A DNA stretch of 63,149 nt, the filler included, from Chrysochromulina tobinii (Eukaryota), in NCBI GenBank assembly GCA_001275005.1. It is 8 parts of 8 records of this genome, joined end to end, with 100 filler letters (N's around TTAATTAATTAA, not from the genome) between each part and the next. Parts side by side here need not be neighbours in the genome. Positions count along the whole stretch, not along the records: positions 25,262 to 38,668 come from JWZX01000218.1; positions 38,769 to 46,212 come from JWZX01000219.1; 6 more parts are not named here. One strand, written 5' to 3'. Numbering within the stretch: position 1 is the stretch's first letter; each line of letters begins with the position of its first letter. Below, in pieces: positions 33,468 through 44,434 of the stretch. Position numbers and translations under genes: made by a program. The notes under the pieces were generated by a model. The model was not told the DNA's origin. It did not search any database and saw only the letters and a program-made list of their open reading frames with translations.

Positions 33468-35417
33468 ATGCCTCGCCTCGACACCACGCTGCTCGTCGCG
33501 CTCGCGGCCCTTGGCGCGCGCGGCTGGCAATGGCGCATGGTGTCATCCGCGCCCTTTGACCGCTCCGTGGCCAACTTCTCCTCGTGTGGCGCCTCACCTC
33601 CTCCTGCGGCCGAGCGCACGGCCGACAGAACCTATCCCGTGTCGCCGCCTCCACTCTCGCCGAAGCCGCCTGCCCCGCCGCCGCCCGCTGCGAGCAGCGG
33701 TGGCGACCTCGTCGTCAGCTTCCAAACGCTTGCCACCGATGACGCTGAGCTCGTCCCCTCGCTCCGTGGTGGCAGGCGTGGCGCCGACGGCTGCCACGCC
33801 ACGTTCACATGGATCGAGGAGCAACGCTGGACGGACGGTCTGCGCGCGCGGCTCGACATCGGCGGCGACGGCATCATCGAGGGGTACCTGCTGCAGCTAG
33901 TCTTCGCCCCCGAGGTCGCCGCGCGCCTGCGCGTCAAGAAGCTCGTCGCCGGCGCGGTCGTCTCGGCCGAGTTTGCTCCCGAGACGCTCGTGCAGCCGAG
34001 GCTCGCCTCCGGGCTAGGCACCATGATGTTCACGCTCGCGCTCGGTGGCGACGGCGGACGGGCCGGGCGCGTGCGCGCGCCCAAGCTCGCGTGCGTGCGC
34101 GCCCCGGCTCACATGCTCGTCGCGCAGCACGCCGCCGCCGACGGCGACGCGTGGCTTGCGACGGCCCACTCGGACTTTCTTTGGATGGCTGAGGAGTTCA
34201 ACCGTCAGTACATCGTGTCGCACGGCAAGCCGCATCCCGAGTACGCGCCCTCGGCGGCCGACGACCCGCTCCAGATGCATTACCTCAACGGCCGCCTCTG
34301 GTGCTTCATGGGCGCCGTAAGCAACGCGACTCGCTCCCTGGAGGAAGCTACCAAGATCAACCCGCACCACGTGTACTCTCACTTGCTACTGGCCAAGATC
34401 CGGATCGGGCAGGGGCTGCACGAGAAGGCGCTCAAACCGCTCGACGAAGCGGCGCGTATCCAGCCGTCGCATTGGCAGACGCACCTGATGCGCCTCCATT
34501 GCTTGCGTGCGCTTGGGCGTCTCGAGGAGCCCTCCGCGGTCGTGTCGCACGAGTGGGTCTGTCGAAACCTCAAAGAGGCATGCTACGACGCGGGCCGGCC
34601 GCAGGCGTACCCGTACCTGTGCGACATGCGCGGGCGTGGCGGCACAGCGCGCGTGCGCCTGCTCGACGACGGCACTGCCTATGGTGGCGCCGAGCTGCCG
34701 GCACCGCCAGAGGCGGCGGGGACGAAGCCCAAGAAGCCAAAGCGTGGCGGCGGCAAGGGCGGCGCGAGCGCAGCCCTTGTCTCGGCGGACGACGAGCCCA
34801 CGCCAGAGCCTGCGGGGCGCAGCCTGTACGGCACACACCTGCACTCAGCCGCGGCGCGTCGCAAGCTGCATGACGACCGATACGTCGTGCTACGCAACCT
34901 GCTGCCAGAGGCGTTGATCCAGCTGCTGAAGGGCTGGTACCTTCATCTGGACAAGACGGTGGAGAAGAACGCGGTCTTCCAGGAGAAGACGCAGCGGCAC
35001 GAGTACCTGCCCGAGGTCCTTTCAACGTACCTCAACCTTGCACTCGTTCCCTTCGCCTCGTCCATGAGTTCAACGGTCGTGGCGCCAACCTACCCCTTTC
35101 CAATTACGTACATACCGGGCGGCAGCATCCATCCTCACCTCGATGTCTCTGACAATGAGCTCTCGCTCACGTTCCAGGTCCACCTGCGCGACGACCGCGC
35201 GGGCGACGGCTGGCCGCTCACCTTCCTCGATCCGCGTGGCCAGGAGCTCTCCAACCTGAACGCGTCCTACGCCAAGGAAGTGACGCTCAGCGACAACGAC
35301 GGCGTGCTCTATTACGGGCCGGACATCGTGCACTGGCGCGAGCCGCTCGACGCGACGCTCACGCAGATCGTCTTCGCCTTCCGCGAGGAGGACGTCGCGC
35401 ACTGCAACAACCAGTAG
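33468..35417 (+). CDS. Secreted protein with TPR repeats and a C-terminal 2OG-Fe(II) oxygenase-like domain
   Basis: Signal peptide [19 protein letters not shown]; TPRs ([22 protein letters not shown]); HxD...H..R motif IHPHLD...[16 protein letters not shown]. Confidence 0.75.
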   Translation: MPRLDTTLLVALAALGARGWQWRMVSSAPFDRSVANFSSCGASPPPAAERTADRTYPVSPPPLSPKPPAPPPPAASSGGDLVVSFQTLATDDAELVPSLRGGRRGADGCHATFTWIEEQRWTDGLRARLDIGGDGIIEGYLLQLVFAPEVAARLRVKKLVAGAVVSAEFAPETLVQPRLASGLGTMMFTLALGGDGGRAGRVRAPKLACVRAPAHMLVAQHAAADGDAWLATAHSDFLWMAEEFNRQYIVSHGKPHPEYAPSAADDPLQMHYLNGRLWCFMGAVSNATRSLEEATKINPHHVYSHLLLAKIRIGQGLHEKALKPLDEAARIQPSHWQTHLMRLHCLRALGRLEEPSAVVSHEWVCRNLKEACYDAGRPQAYPYLCDMRGRGGTARVRLLDDGTAYGGAELPAPPEAAGTKPKKPKRGGGKGGASAALVSADDEPTPEPAGRSLYGTHLHSAAARRKLHDDRYVVLRNLLPEALIQLLKGWYLHLDKTVEKNAVFQEKTQRHEYLPEVLSTYLNLALVPFASSMSSTVVAPTYPFPITYIPGGSIHPHLDVSDNELSLTFQVHLRDDRAGDGWPLTFLDPRGQELSNLNASYAKEVTLSDNDGVLYYGPDIVHWREPLDATLTQIVFAFREEDVAHCNNQ

Positions 35418-36153
35418 CTGGCATCCTACCTCATGCCGCGCCCATCGCAATGCCGCACGCAAAGACGCGATTCCGTCGGCGGTGACCCTGTCGCGTTCTG
35501 GTCGCGTTCTCGAGCGGATTGTTGCGACGCGATCGTCTGAGACTGTCCTGTAGTCTGCTGGCATCCGATCCTGGCGACGCACACACCGTCATTCGCAGCT
35601 CCACGACCGATAAGCCACGACGGGCGCGACCCGGCCGACGCGTTCGGCCTTCTCAACTTTCCGTACGGTAGAACGGTACGCGTCCCGGACCGCGCATGCG
35701 GAAAGTCATAGTGTAGAAACCCCTTAGCCCAAGCCCTTTTGATACTGTACATTATACCGTTACTGCGCTGCGCTACCGTACCGACACGCTCCAGGCGGAA
35801 GCTCCCGTGTTGAGCCGGCCACGGCAGCGACCAGCCGCAGTCTCGAGTCTCGAGGTCGGGTCGAGCGGGCCGGGGCGGTGACGGCGGACTCACACAGTGC
35901 CAGACTGCGGGTCAGACTCGCCCGGGCGGTGCCGAGACCTCGTGCCCTGCGCTAAGATGCCCCTCTTATTACATAGTATGACACGTCGAGTGTACCGAAC
36001 ACGCGCCACGGCTCGGCTCGGCGCGGCACCTTGAACTTTCTTGGATCTCCTTCGCCTGCGCTCTGCAGTTCTGGATGCGATGTGTGCGTGCAAGAAGGGA
36101 TGCTGGGCCGTTTGCTCATCGGATGTGGCCTTCTCTCAGGCAAACGCTGGAGC

Positions 36154-36439
36154 TCAACGTGGTGACGCTGGGACCGAGCTCCGTCGAGAGGCCGACGCTG
36201 ACGCTGGAGCTGGAGCTGCCGCTGGCGCGGCGGGGAGATCGACGGCAGCGCCTCCATCAGCGCCGGCTGCACCCGGCCCAACCTCGGGAATGCCGCCATC
36301 GCTTGCCGCCACCTCCCCCGCGCCGTCGGCCTCCACCAGCGGCTGCCCATCCTCCATGTGCTCCGGCGAGATCGTCGAGCTCGGTTGCAACAGCTCACGG
36401 ATCGGCTGCAGGATCGCATTCCCGAGGCTGTCCACGGCT

Positions 36440-36471
<32 letters not shown>

Positions 36472-38668
36472 TGCCGCCGCCGCTGCTTCCTCGTCCTGGG
36501 TGCGCAGCAGCTCCGCAAGGCCTTCGGCGCCCTCGGCGGCACGCCGCTGCTGCTCCACCTGCAGGCTCGCCGAGCGCTCTTCGGCCTCGAGATCCTGAGC
36601 CACTACAGACGCCACGCCCGCGAATTCGGTCGCTGGCGGGGCGGCGGGGCTGGCCTGAGTCGCTTGGGTCGCCGTAGCTGAGGGGATGGCGTCGCCGAGC
36701 TCGTCGAGGGCGCTGGCGGTGATCTCCTCGACACGCTCCTCTAATTGGCGTAATTGCAAGCCATCAAGGAGCTGCGCGAGCATCCCATCCGTCGCGCTGA
36801 GCCCAAGCGCCGCGCCGAGCGCCGCGTTGGCGCCCGAGCCCGCCGACGCCATGCTGGGCAGCGGATAGCCGCCTGCAAATGGTCCGTTCGAGCCCCACGA
36901 GCCACCAAAGCCCTCGGCCGCGAGTCGTCCCTCGCGCGTGTCGCGCTCGTCGTCGGCGGCGCCCGAGGCGAGCACAGCCTCGAGCTGCGCCACCAGCCGC
37001 CGCTCGGCTCGCAGCTCGGCATACAGGGTCTGCATGACCCGAGCCTGCTCGAGCTGATGCTCGGGCTCGCACACCTCACGGAGCTCACGCAGCTCATCCT
37101 GCAGCCGAGCGACCAGCAGCTGCTGACCGCCGCCGAACCCGTCGCCGCCGCCGCCGCCCAGTAGCCCGCCGCCGCCGAGGAGCCCCGCGCGGTGCTGCTG
37201 CTGGTACTGGAGCACCAGCTGCTGCTGCTCGCGCAGCTCGATGGTCTGCTCGTGGCTTTGCCTCTCGAGCGCCTCGTTTCGCTCGCGAGCGGCCTTGAGC
37301 CGCTCGACGACGAATTCGGCGGCCTTGGCGCGTGCAGAGGCCTCGTCGGCTGTGCCGAGGCGCGCGAGCTCTCCCAGCCGCGCCTCGAGCTTCGCCCGCT
37401 CCTCATCAGCCACGCGCTTGCGTGCAAACGCCTCTTCGTTCGCCTGGCTCACGAGGCGCTTGGACGCGTCGGTCGCCTGACGAAGCACATCGACCTCGCG
37501 CCGGAGCGTGTCGCGCTCGCGCTCGAGGCTCGTCCATTGACGCTCTGCCGCCTGCACGCCTCGCGTCAGTCGGCCGAGCTGCTCCTTGAGCGTGGCAGTC
37601 TCGCGCGCTTTGTCGGCCACAAACTTGGCCAGGTCGGCCGGCAGCGACGAGAAGGAGGCAGGGGCGTCGCCCGTCCTCACCATGTCGTGGAGCAGCGCGG
37701 TGGCTCCCGCCATGCCGCCCGCGCCGCCGCCGTAGCTGCCGCTGCCGTAGCTGCCGCCGCCGAGGCTGCCGCCGCCGCCGTATAGGCTGAGCAGCCCGCC
37801 GCCGCCGCTGCCGCCGTCGAAGCGGCCGCCAAGTCGATCACGCGCGGCCCTATTGGCCGCTGTGAACTCGAGGGCGAGCAGCGAGCGTTGCAGCTCCTCG
37901 ACTTCCGCCGCCTTGGCGCGGGCGTCCGTCTGCGCCGCCGCCGCCTCGTGCTCAGCCAAGATGAGAGCCTTGCCACCATCCCGCCCGCTCATCGCGAGCA
38001 GCTGGCGGTCGCGACGCGCGAGCCGAAGGCGCAGCGCCGCGTTTTGTTGCTGCTGCAGCCGGGCGAGGCGGGCGAGCTTCAACGAGCGGTTGGTGGCGGC
38101 GGTGGCCTGGTCTTTGAGCGCGTCACTCTCGCGCACCTGCCGCTGCTGGTCGAGCCGCTGCCGGCGCTCCTGCTCATAGGCGGCCGCCTTCGCCGTCTCG
38201 CCCTCTAGCAGCTCGTCGCACTCGCGCAACGTAGCGAGCACCTGCGTGGCCAGCCCCAACACACTCGCATCTTCGCCGCCCACCTTCGAGTCGAGCGCCC
38301 ACGTCACCCCCGTCGGCGACGGCGTGCCAGTAGTGTCGCCGCTCCCGCCCGCCGCCCCTCGACCGAGCCGACTGTGCAGGCCACTCAGCACGCGCCTGGC
38401 CGTGGCGCGCGCCGTGCTGAGCAGCTTGTGCACGCCTCTCCCGCCTTCACTGTCCGCCCTCGCGTCGGGCGAGCGTGAGCGCGAGCTCGAGCTCAGCGGC
38501 GAGCGCGAGCCCGAACGACCGGTACGTGTCGGCGACGGCGACTTTTTTCGGGTGAGGCGGCCGCGGTGGTGGGCTTGTACTCGCGTAGCTGCCTTGTCCT
38601 CCGCAGACATCGGGGGGGTCGAGCGCGCGCGCGACGACGCCGGCGGCGACGACGGCGGCGACAACGGC
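36154..38668 (-). CDS. Coiled-coil protein with IQ motif; 5' partial
   Basis: AATRVQAHHRGRLTRK (IQ motif); long heptad-rich segments; 836-aa ORF from the contig edge. Confidence 0.7.
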
Positions 38669-38768
38669 NNNNNNNNNNNNNNNNNNNNNNNNNNNNNNNN
38701 NNNNNNNNNNNNTTAATTAATTAANNNNNNNNNNNNNNNNNNNNNNNNNNNNNNNNNNNNNNNNNNNN
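38669..38768. other. Artificial contig linker
   Basis: N44-TTAATTAATTAA-N44. Confidence 0.99.
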
Positions 38769-39935
38769 GCGGAGGCTGCGCACAAGCAGCAGGCGCACAC
38801 GAAGAAAGCGAGCAAGAAAGCCAAAGCCAAGCAGCCAGGGGCGAGCGAGGCGAGAGCGCCAGCAGCGAGTGAGTCAGCGGCCGCGAGTGGCAGCGCCGAG
38901 GCGGACAGCGAGGTGTCTGCGGCGGCTGGCGACGAGGACGGCGTGTGTCCTGCTCCTTCTGCCGCCGCCGACGAGGCGCTGCGTGTGGCCATGGCGGCCG
39001 CGCAGTACGAGGGCCTGGTCGGTGCGATCGAGGAGCACCACGCACTCGCGAGCAAGGGTGTGTTGACGGAGGCGAGGGCAGTGCGCGAGCGCTTGCACAA
39101 GAAGCGCAAGCAGGAGAGCCAGAAGCTGCGTCGCAAGCACGCTGCGGAGATGGAGATGCAAGCCAGCCTGTCGAAGCTGTCACTGCTCGAGGTCACACAG
39201 TCGCCGCCTGCCGCAGGCCCAGCATCCGTAGAAGCGGCGTCTGCATCAGAGGCCCCTGAGGCTGAGAATGACGCGGAGGCGACAGCGGCGACAGAGGCGG
39301 CCGTAGCGGAGGCCGAGATGGACGCGGCGGCCGCTGTCGCGGCGGCTGAGCAAGCGGCAAAGGAGGCCGAGAAGGCGGCGGTACGGGTAGCAGCGCTCAA
39401 GGCCGCCAAGGCGGAGGCCACGCGGGCAGCCAGGGCTCGGGCGGAGGCTGAGGTGATTAGGCAAGCAGCGGAGGCGGAGAGGGCGGAGGCGGAGAGGGCG
39501 GAGGCGGAGAGGGCGGCGATGGAGAGGGCGGAGGTGGAGAGGGCGGCGGCGGCCGTGGCCGTGGCAGAGAGCGCTGGCCGCGGCAGGCGAGGGGGGCGTG
39601 GAGGGCGTGGCAGGCGTGGTCCAACTGCCGCACATTCATCGCCCCGTGCCCCTGCGCCACCATCGGCCCCAGCACCGGCTGAAGGTTTGATGCCAGCTTT
39701 GAGGCCTCTGACGCTCGCCGACGTGGGCAACATCACCGGCCGTGTGCACGACGAGGCGCCCGAATCGACCATCGGCGGCCAGACCACGTGCATCGTGTGC
39801 ATGGTGGGGCCCAAGTCGCACCTTGCGGTGCCGTGCGGCCATCAGCTCGCGTGCGAGCGCTGCGCGGCCAACATGAAGATTTGTCCATACTGCCGCGAGC
39901 CCGTACAGCAATGGGTGATGGCGCGGGTGGTGTAG
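38769..39935 (+). CDS. RING finger (C3HC4_3 type) protein; 5' partial
   Basis: C-terminal CIVCMVGPKSHLAVPCGHQLACERCAANMKICPYCR after an Ala/Glu-rich helix. Confidence 0.85.
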   Translation, partial: AEAAHKQQAHTKKASKKAKAKQPGASEARAPAASESAAASGSAEADSEVSAAAGDEDGVCPAPSAAADEALRVAMAAAQYEGLVGAIEEHHALASKGVLTEARAVRERLHKKRKQESQKLRRKHAAEMEMQASLSKLSLLEVTQSPPAAGPASVEAASASEAPEAENDAEATAATEAAVAEAEMDAAAAVAAAEQAAKEAEKAAVRVAALKAAKAEATRAARARAEAEVIRQAAEAERAEAERAEAERAAMERAEVERAAAAVAVAESAGRGRRGGRGGRGRRGPTAAHSSPRAPAPPSAPAPAEGLMPALRPLTLADVGNITGRVHDEAPESTIGGQTTCIVCMVGPKSHLAVPCGHQLACERCAANMKICPYCREPVQQWVMARVV

Positions 39936-40324
39936 CCCGACCCTTGCGCTTGGGGCGAAATACATGGCCACTGGCGGAAAGAGTGTCGTACCGTACCACA
40001 GGAATCCTAATTGTTCCTCCGTTACAACTTTCGTCTGTTGGTAAAGATTGTCATAGTGTCAAGAACTCTCGACTGTCATGCACCGCCTCGACCCTCGTGT
40101 ACCCCCGAAGAACACGTCAAGAACATACTGGCCGGCCCCGCGTCGAGGAGTAAGCTACTTTATCGACACCCACCCAGACACGCACGCCGCAGCGGAAGAC
40201 CCACATCACTCCCCTCATCCACGCTACAGGCCGGGGCATGAAGTCCATGCATGGCCTATAGAAAGGTGTCTGTATGCGGACTGCTCCATGCAACATCCCC
40301 AAATTGTCGGCCAGCAGGGTTTTG

Positions 40325-42571
40325 TCACCTGTAGAAGGCGTGCGGGCCGAGCAGCCTGCATCGGGCCTGGTGGTCAACATTGCTTCTCGCGCAGCAGAGT
40401 TCGTGGAGGTGATCGACGCAGTAATTGAGGCACTCCTCCTGTGCAGCTCTATCCGTATGGATGGCGCAGCAGGGGTTCTTCGTCGGCCCCACCGAGTCGC
40501 AGTAATACCCATCTCCCCACAGTGGCGTATGGGGACCGTCATTGGGGTTGGGTGCAGGGTTCGGCGGGGGCGGTTTGGGCGAATTAGGCGGGCTAGCATG
40601 AGAAGGCTCGCCATGGGTAGGCTCGACATTAGGTTCGTCATGAAGAGGTTCGCCGTGAGGAGGCTCACCGTGAGGAGGCTCGCCATGAGGTTCGCCATGA
40701 GAAGGTTCGCCGTGAGGAGGCTCACCGTGAGGAGGCTCGCCATGAGGTTCGCCATGAGAAGGTTCGCCGTGAGGAGGCTCACCGTGAGGAGGCTCGACAT
40801 TAGGTTCGCCATGAGGAGGTTCGCCGTGAGGAGGCTCACCGTGAGGAGGCTCGACATTAGGTTCGCCATGAGGAGGTTCGCCGTGAGGAGGCTCACCGTG
40901 AGGAGGCTCATCTTGGTGATTAGGTTCGCCATGAGGCGGCTCGCCGTGAGGAGGCTCACCGTGAGGAGGCTCATCTTGGTGGGGCGACTCCTTAGGCAGT
41001 TCCCCAGTTGGCATCCCTCTGGCCGGCGGCTCCCCCAGCGGCTCCCCCAGTGGCTCCCCCAGCGGCGGCTTCCCCGTCGGCGGGTCACCTTGGAGCGGCT
41101 CCCCGAAGTCATCCTCTTCCTCAAAAGTAGGGACCCATCCCTCCTCATTGGGAAATACCTCCTCAGTAGCCGGCTCATCGACGTAACGCGTTCCCCACGG
41201 AGGGCCACCGTGGGGCGGTCCACCGCCCGGCGGTCCACCGCCCGGTGGTCCACCGCCTGGCGGCCCACCATGCGGGCAAAAGTGGGCAATGACCTCTAGC
41301 TTGATGCTGTCTGGGCAAGATCTGGCGCAGCCACCCATGGCCATCATGGCCTCTTCGCAATCCTCAGGCTCGTGCATGCAATTCCTTGCGCACTTCGATG
41401 TGCAAAAGGTGAGCATGTGATCCTGTGGTACCTTCCCACCACAGCCAGTTATGGGCGAGCTGGAACCGGAGCCAGAGCCGGGGCCTGAGCCTGAGGTGGG
41501 GCCTTCTTCTTCGGGCTGGCCCACAGAGTGCTCAGGCGGCGAGTGATGCGGCGTCGGCGAGCGAACGAGCGGCGACGGCGGTGGCGAGTGGCGATGCGGC
41601 GGCGGCGAGCGGATGCGCGGTGGCGGTGGTGAGTGGCTCGGTTTTGGCAAGGAAACCGGCGACGGCGACAGCGAGTGGATCGGTGTCGAGGCAGGCGACG
41701 GCGACGGCGAGTGGCTCGGTTTCGAGGCAGGCGACGTCGACGGCGAGTGGCTCGGTTTCGAAGCAGGCGATGGCGACGGCGAGTGGCTCGGTTTCGAAGC
41801 AGGCGATGGCGACGGCGAGCGGCTCGGTTTCGAGGCAGGCGACGGTGACGGCGTGCGCCTCGGTTTCGAGGAAGGCGATGGCGACGGCGAGCGGCTCGGT
41901 TTCGAGGCAGGCGACGGCGACGGCGAGTGGCTCGGTTTCGAGGCAGGCGATGGCGACGGCGAGTGGCGGCCCGCGGAGCCCGAAGAGCCCGAAGACGAAC
42001 CATGACCCGAGGACGACCCGCCGGAGGAGCCGTGACTGGCAGATGCACCGGAGGAGCCTGAGGTCGAAGAGCCCGATGAGCCCGAAGACGAGCCATGACC
42101 CGAGGACGACCCGCCGGAAGAGCCACCGGAGTTTTCACCGGAGGAGCCACCGGCAGAGCCGCCGGAGTTTCCACCGTTTGAGCCACCGTGAGAGCCACCG
42201 TTAGAGCCACTGGACGCGCCCGCGGACCCGTGCGAGCCCTGGTCATCGGCCGCGGGTGCATGTGTTGGCTCGAACCCTGGTCGGTCCTCATCGCCCGGCC
42301 AGTGTTCAAGGCGGCATGCTGCCTGACAGCCACAATGATTCCGCATCGAGGGTTTCGTGCACTCGTCTGCAACCTGGCACTTGCAGTCTAGAGAGACCGT
42401 GCGATTGATGTCGGGCGCCAGGATGCTCGCTAGCTCCATTCCGCTCGCGATTTCCATGTCGCTGGCTGGCTCCGTGCCCATTGAGTCAGCGTGCAGCACG
42501 TAATCCTGATTTAATCCTACACCCATGGCTACGGCGGGCGCGCAGCACAAGACCAGGAAGCGCGCCACCAT
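40325..42571 (-). CDS. Secreted repetitive Pro/Ser/His-rich protein with Cys-rich modules
   Basis: Signal peptide MVARFLVLCCAPAVAMG; GS-rich linker; about 9 x HSPSPSPASKPS; about 20 x GEPPH; three Cys clusters. Confidence 0.75.
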   Translation of the reverse strand: MVARFLVLCCAPAVAMGVGLNQDYVLHADSMGTEPASDMEIASGMELASILAPDINRTVSLDCKCQVADECTKPSMRNHCGCQAACRLEHWPGDEDRPGFEPTHAPAADDQGSHGSAGASSGSNGGSHGGSNGGNSGGSAGGSSGENSGGSSGGSSSGHGSSSGSSGSSTSGSSGASASHGSSGGSSSGHGSSSGSSGSAGRHSPSPSPASKPSHSPSPSPASKPSRSPSPSPSSKPRRTPSPSPASKPSRSPSPSPASKPSHSPSPSPASKPSHSPSTSPASKPSHSPSPSPASTPIHSLSPSPVSLPKPSHSPPPPRIRSPPPHRHSPPPSPLVRSPTPHHSPPEHSVGQPEEEGPTSGSGPGSGSGSSSPITGCGGKVPQDHMLTFCTSKCARNCMHEPEDCEEAMMAMGGCARSCPDSIKLEVIAHFCPHGGPPGGGPPGGGPPGGGPPHGGPPWGTRYVDEPATEEVFPNEEGWVPTFEEEDDFGEPLQGDPPTGKPPLGEPLGEPLGEPPARGMPTGELPKESPHQDEPPHGEPPHGEPPHGEPNHQDEPPHGEPPHGEPPHGEPNVEPPHGEPPHGEPPHGEPNVEPPHGEPPHGEPSHGEPHGEPPHGEPPHGEPSHGEPHGEPPHGEPPHGEPLHDEPNVEPTHGEPSHASPPNSPKPPPPNPAPNPNDGPHTPLWGDGYYCDSVGPTKNPCCAIHTDRAAQEECLNYCVDHLHELCCARSNVDHQARCRLLGPHAFYR

Positions 42572-42640
42572 TTTAGGCCTAAAATGGGACGAGTCGGAGA
42601 CGCACCAAAAATGGAAGAAGGCGCCGTCTTCGGTCGTCCA

Positions 42641-43756
42641 TCAGCTCGGAACGACGCTACGCATGCAAGTGTGGGAAGAGGGGGAAAGGGGGGACATGGG
42701 GGGATTCATCTTGGTGTGCGAGATCGATCCGTACGAGCCCACGCCGTCCGCGCCGCCTCCACCACCGCTCTCTTTGCACGTATTGTTGATGGTCCCGAGC
42801 GCGTCCGTCGGGCGCAGGGTGAGCAGCGTTACACCGTCCTTGCGGCAACGTACGCACGTGACGATGGCGGCGTTGTGGCTGTCCCATCGGCCGGCATGTT
42901 TAGCTGGCCCCCATCGGGCCCATCGTCCACATCCTTGAGTTCTGGATGTACCCGTCTCTAGCGGTCTAGGAGACCCTGGGGAACCCATGCCACCTCCGTA
43001 CCCACTTTCCACTGGTACAGTGCTGGCATGTGGCGGCTGACGCGGTTTTCGATTATTTGCTGACCGCTGCGATTTCTGCCGCTTTTGCGACCCTTTTGGC
43101 CATTGCTGCCTCTGCTGGCCGTCTGAACGGCTTCGCATCGCGGACGACGTGGAGTAGGACGAGGATGAGCCGGACGACGCGGGTGACCACGATGAGGTGG
43201 ACGACCTTGAGGACGAGGAGTAGGACGAGGATAAATTGAAGGAGGGAGATAATGATGATGAAGAGGAGGATGAGGAGGATGACGAGGGTGACGAGGGTGA
43301 TGACGTAAAGTGACAGTCGTATGAGGGGTCGTGGGGTTCGTTCTCGTCGAATTCGACCCAACAGCCACTGCTCGTGTTGCTCTCGTCGCTTTCGTCGCCG
43401 TCCTCGTCGGCGTTGCTCTCTTCGACACTGCTGCCGTAACTGTCCTGGGCGCTTTCGTCGCTGTCCTCGTCGCTTTCGTCGCTGTTGGGGTCGCTGTCCT
43501 CGTCGCTTTCCTCCTCGAGGTGCAAAAGACGATCGAAGGCCTCCTCTTCGTTGTACACCGGCTTCTTTGACCCCTTATATCTTGCCGATTTGCGCCTTGG
43601 TTTGAGGTCCGAAGGGATGTCATGCGGGCGCTTCTTGGAGGTCTGCTGTTGCGGCGCCGTTCTAAGTGGCTCGAGCCCAAGAGCAGCGAGAAATTCATTG
43701 TTGCGCTTGATGTTCTCCAGTCTTTCCCTTTCGTACGTGCTCAAGGTACGCAGCAT
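42641..43756 (-). CDS. Low-complexity acidic/Ser-rich protein, possibly degenerate
   Basis: Starts MLRTLSTYERERLENIKRNNEFLAALGL (helical motif typical of nuclear proteins), then basic and acidic tracts; the tail may be frameshifted. Confidence 0.45.
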   Translation of the reverse strand: MLRTLSTYERERLENIKRNNEFLAALGLEPLRTAPQQQTSKKRPHDIPSDLKPRRKSARYKGSKKPVYNEEEAFDRLLHLEEESDEDSDPNSDESDEDSDESAQDSYGSSVEESNADEDGDESDESNTSSGCWVEFDENEPHDPSYDCHFTSSPSSPSSSSSSSSSSSLSPSFNLSSSYSSSSRSSTSSWSPASSGSSSSYSTSSAMRSRSDGQQRQQWPKGSQKRQKSQRSANNRKPRQPPHASTVPVESGYGGGMGSPGSPRPLETGTSRTQGCGRWARWGPAKHAGRWDSHNAAIVTCVRCRKDGVTLLTLRPTDALGTINNTCKESGGGGGADGVGSYGSISHTKMNPPMSPLSPSSHTCMRSVVPS

Positions 43757-44434
43757 TGTTGGAACTTGGAAGAACCTACTCGACGCCGGTACAGGCCGCC
43801 CTGTGCTACGCAAGATATATCGGAGCAGACCAAGTTGCGGCAGAAACCGCGAAGCACAAAAAGCAAATCGGTGCACGCGCCGTCATGGGCGCTTCAACAG
43901 TGCGGTGCACGCCTGATCCTGCCCCCGCAAAGCACTTCCAAGCAGAAGAGGTGAAGGATAGAGGCCGAGCGGCTAAGAAAGATTCTTCAACGGCTTCGCC
44001 CTCGGCGCCGTTTTGGTCGATGCGAACGTACATAATGAGGGCTGCACTGGTGCGGCTCGTACAAGCATGCTTGCTTGCTTGCGGCTCGTACGCACGCGCT
44101 CCTATTCCCGTCGCGTGAGTATACAATACCTCATACGAAAACGGACCGATACCGCGGACAAGAAACGCGAACGAGAGTCGAGACCGCCCCGTTGTATATC
44201 GAGCCGTAGTCCGTACACAGATCATGTGTACCCTGACCCCTCATGTCAAGTTGTGCTCAGCACCACAACTTTCCACACTGGAATCATTTGAACATGCCAC
44301 ATACACACACGGAGGGTGTTCCACACGGCAGAGGGACGGCGTCGCAGGAAGGCATTAGAGACGGCATGCAGGAAGGGCACAGCGGATCACACGAACACGT
44401 GACAATCCAGGACACCTCGCAGACAGCCAGACAC

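Noticed and set aside
40274..41299. Plus-strand Arg-rich repeat ORF (RRFAVRRLTVRR)
   Set aside because: Antisense reading of the GEPPH repeats; the minus-strand ORF has a signal peptide and coherent domains
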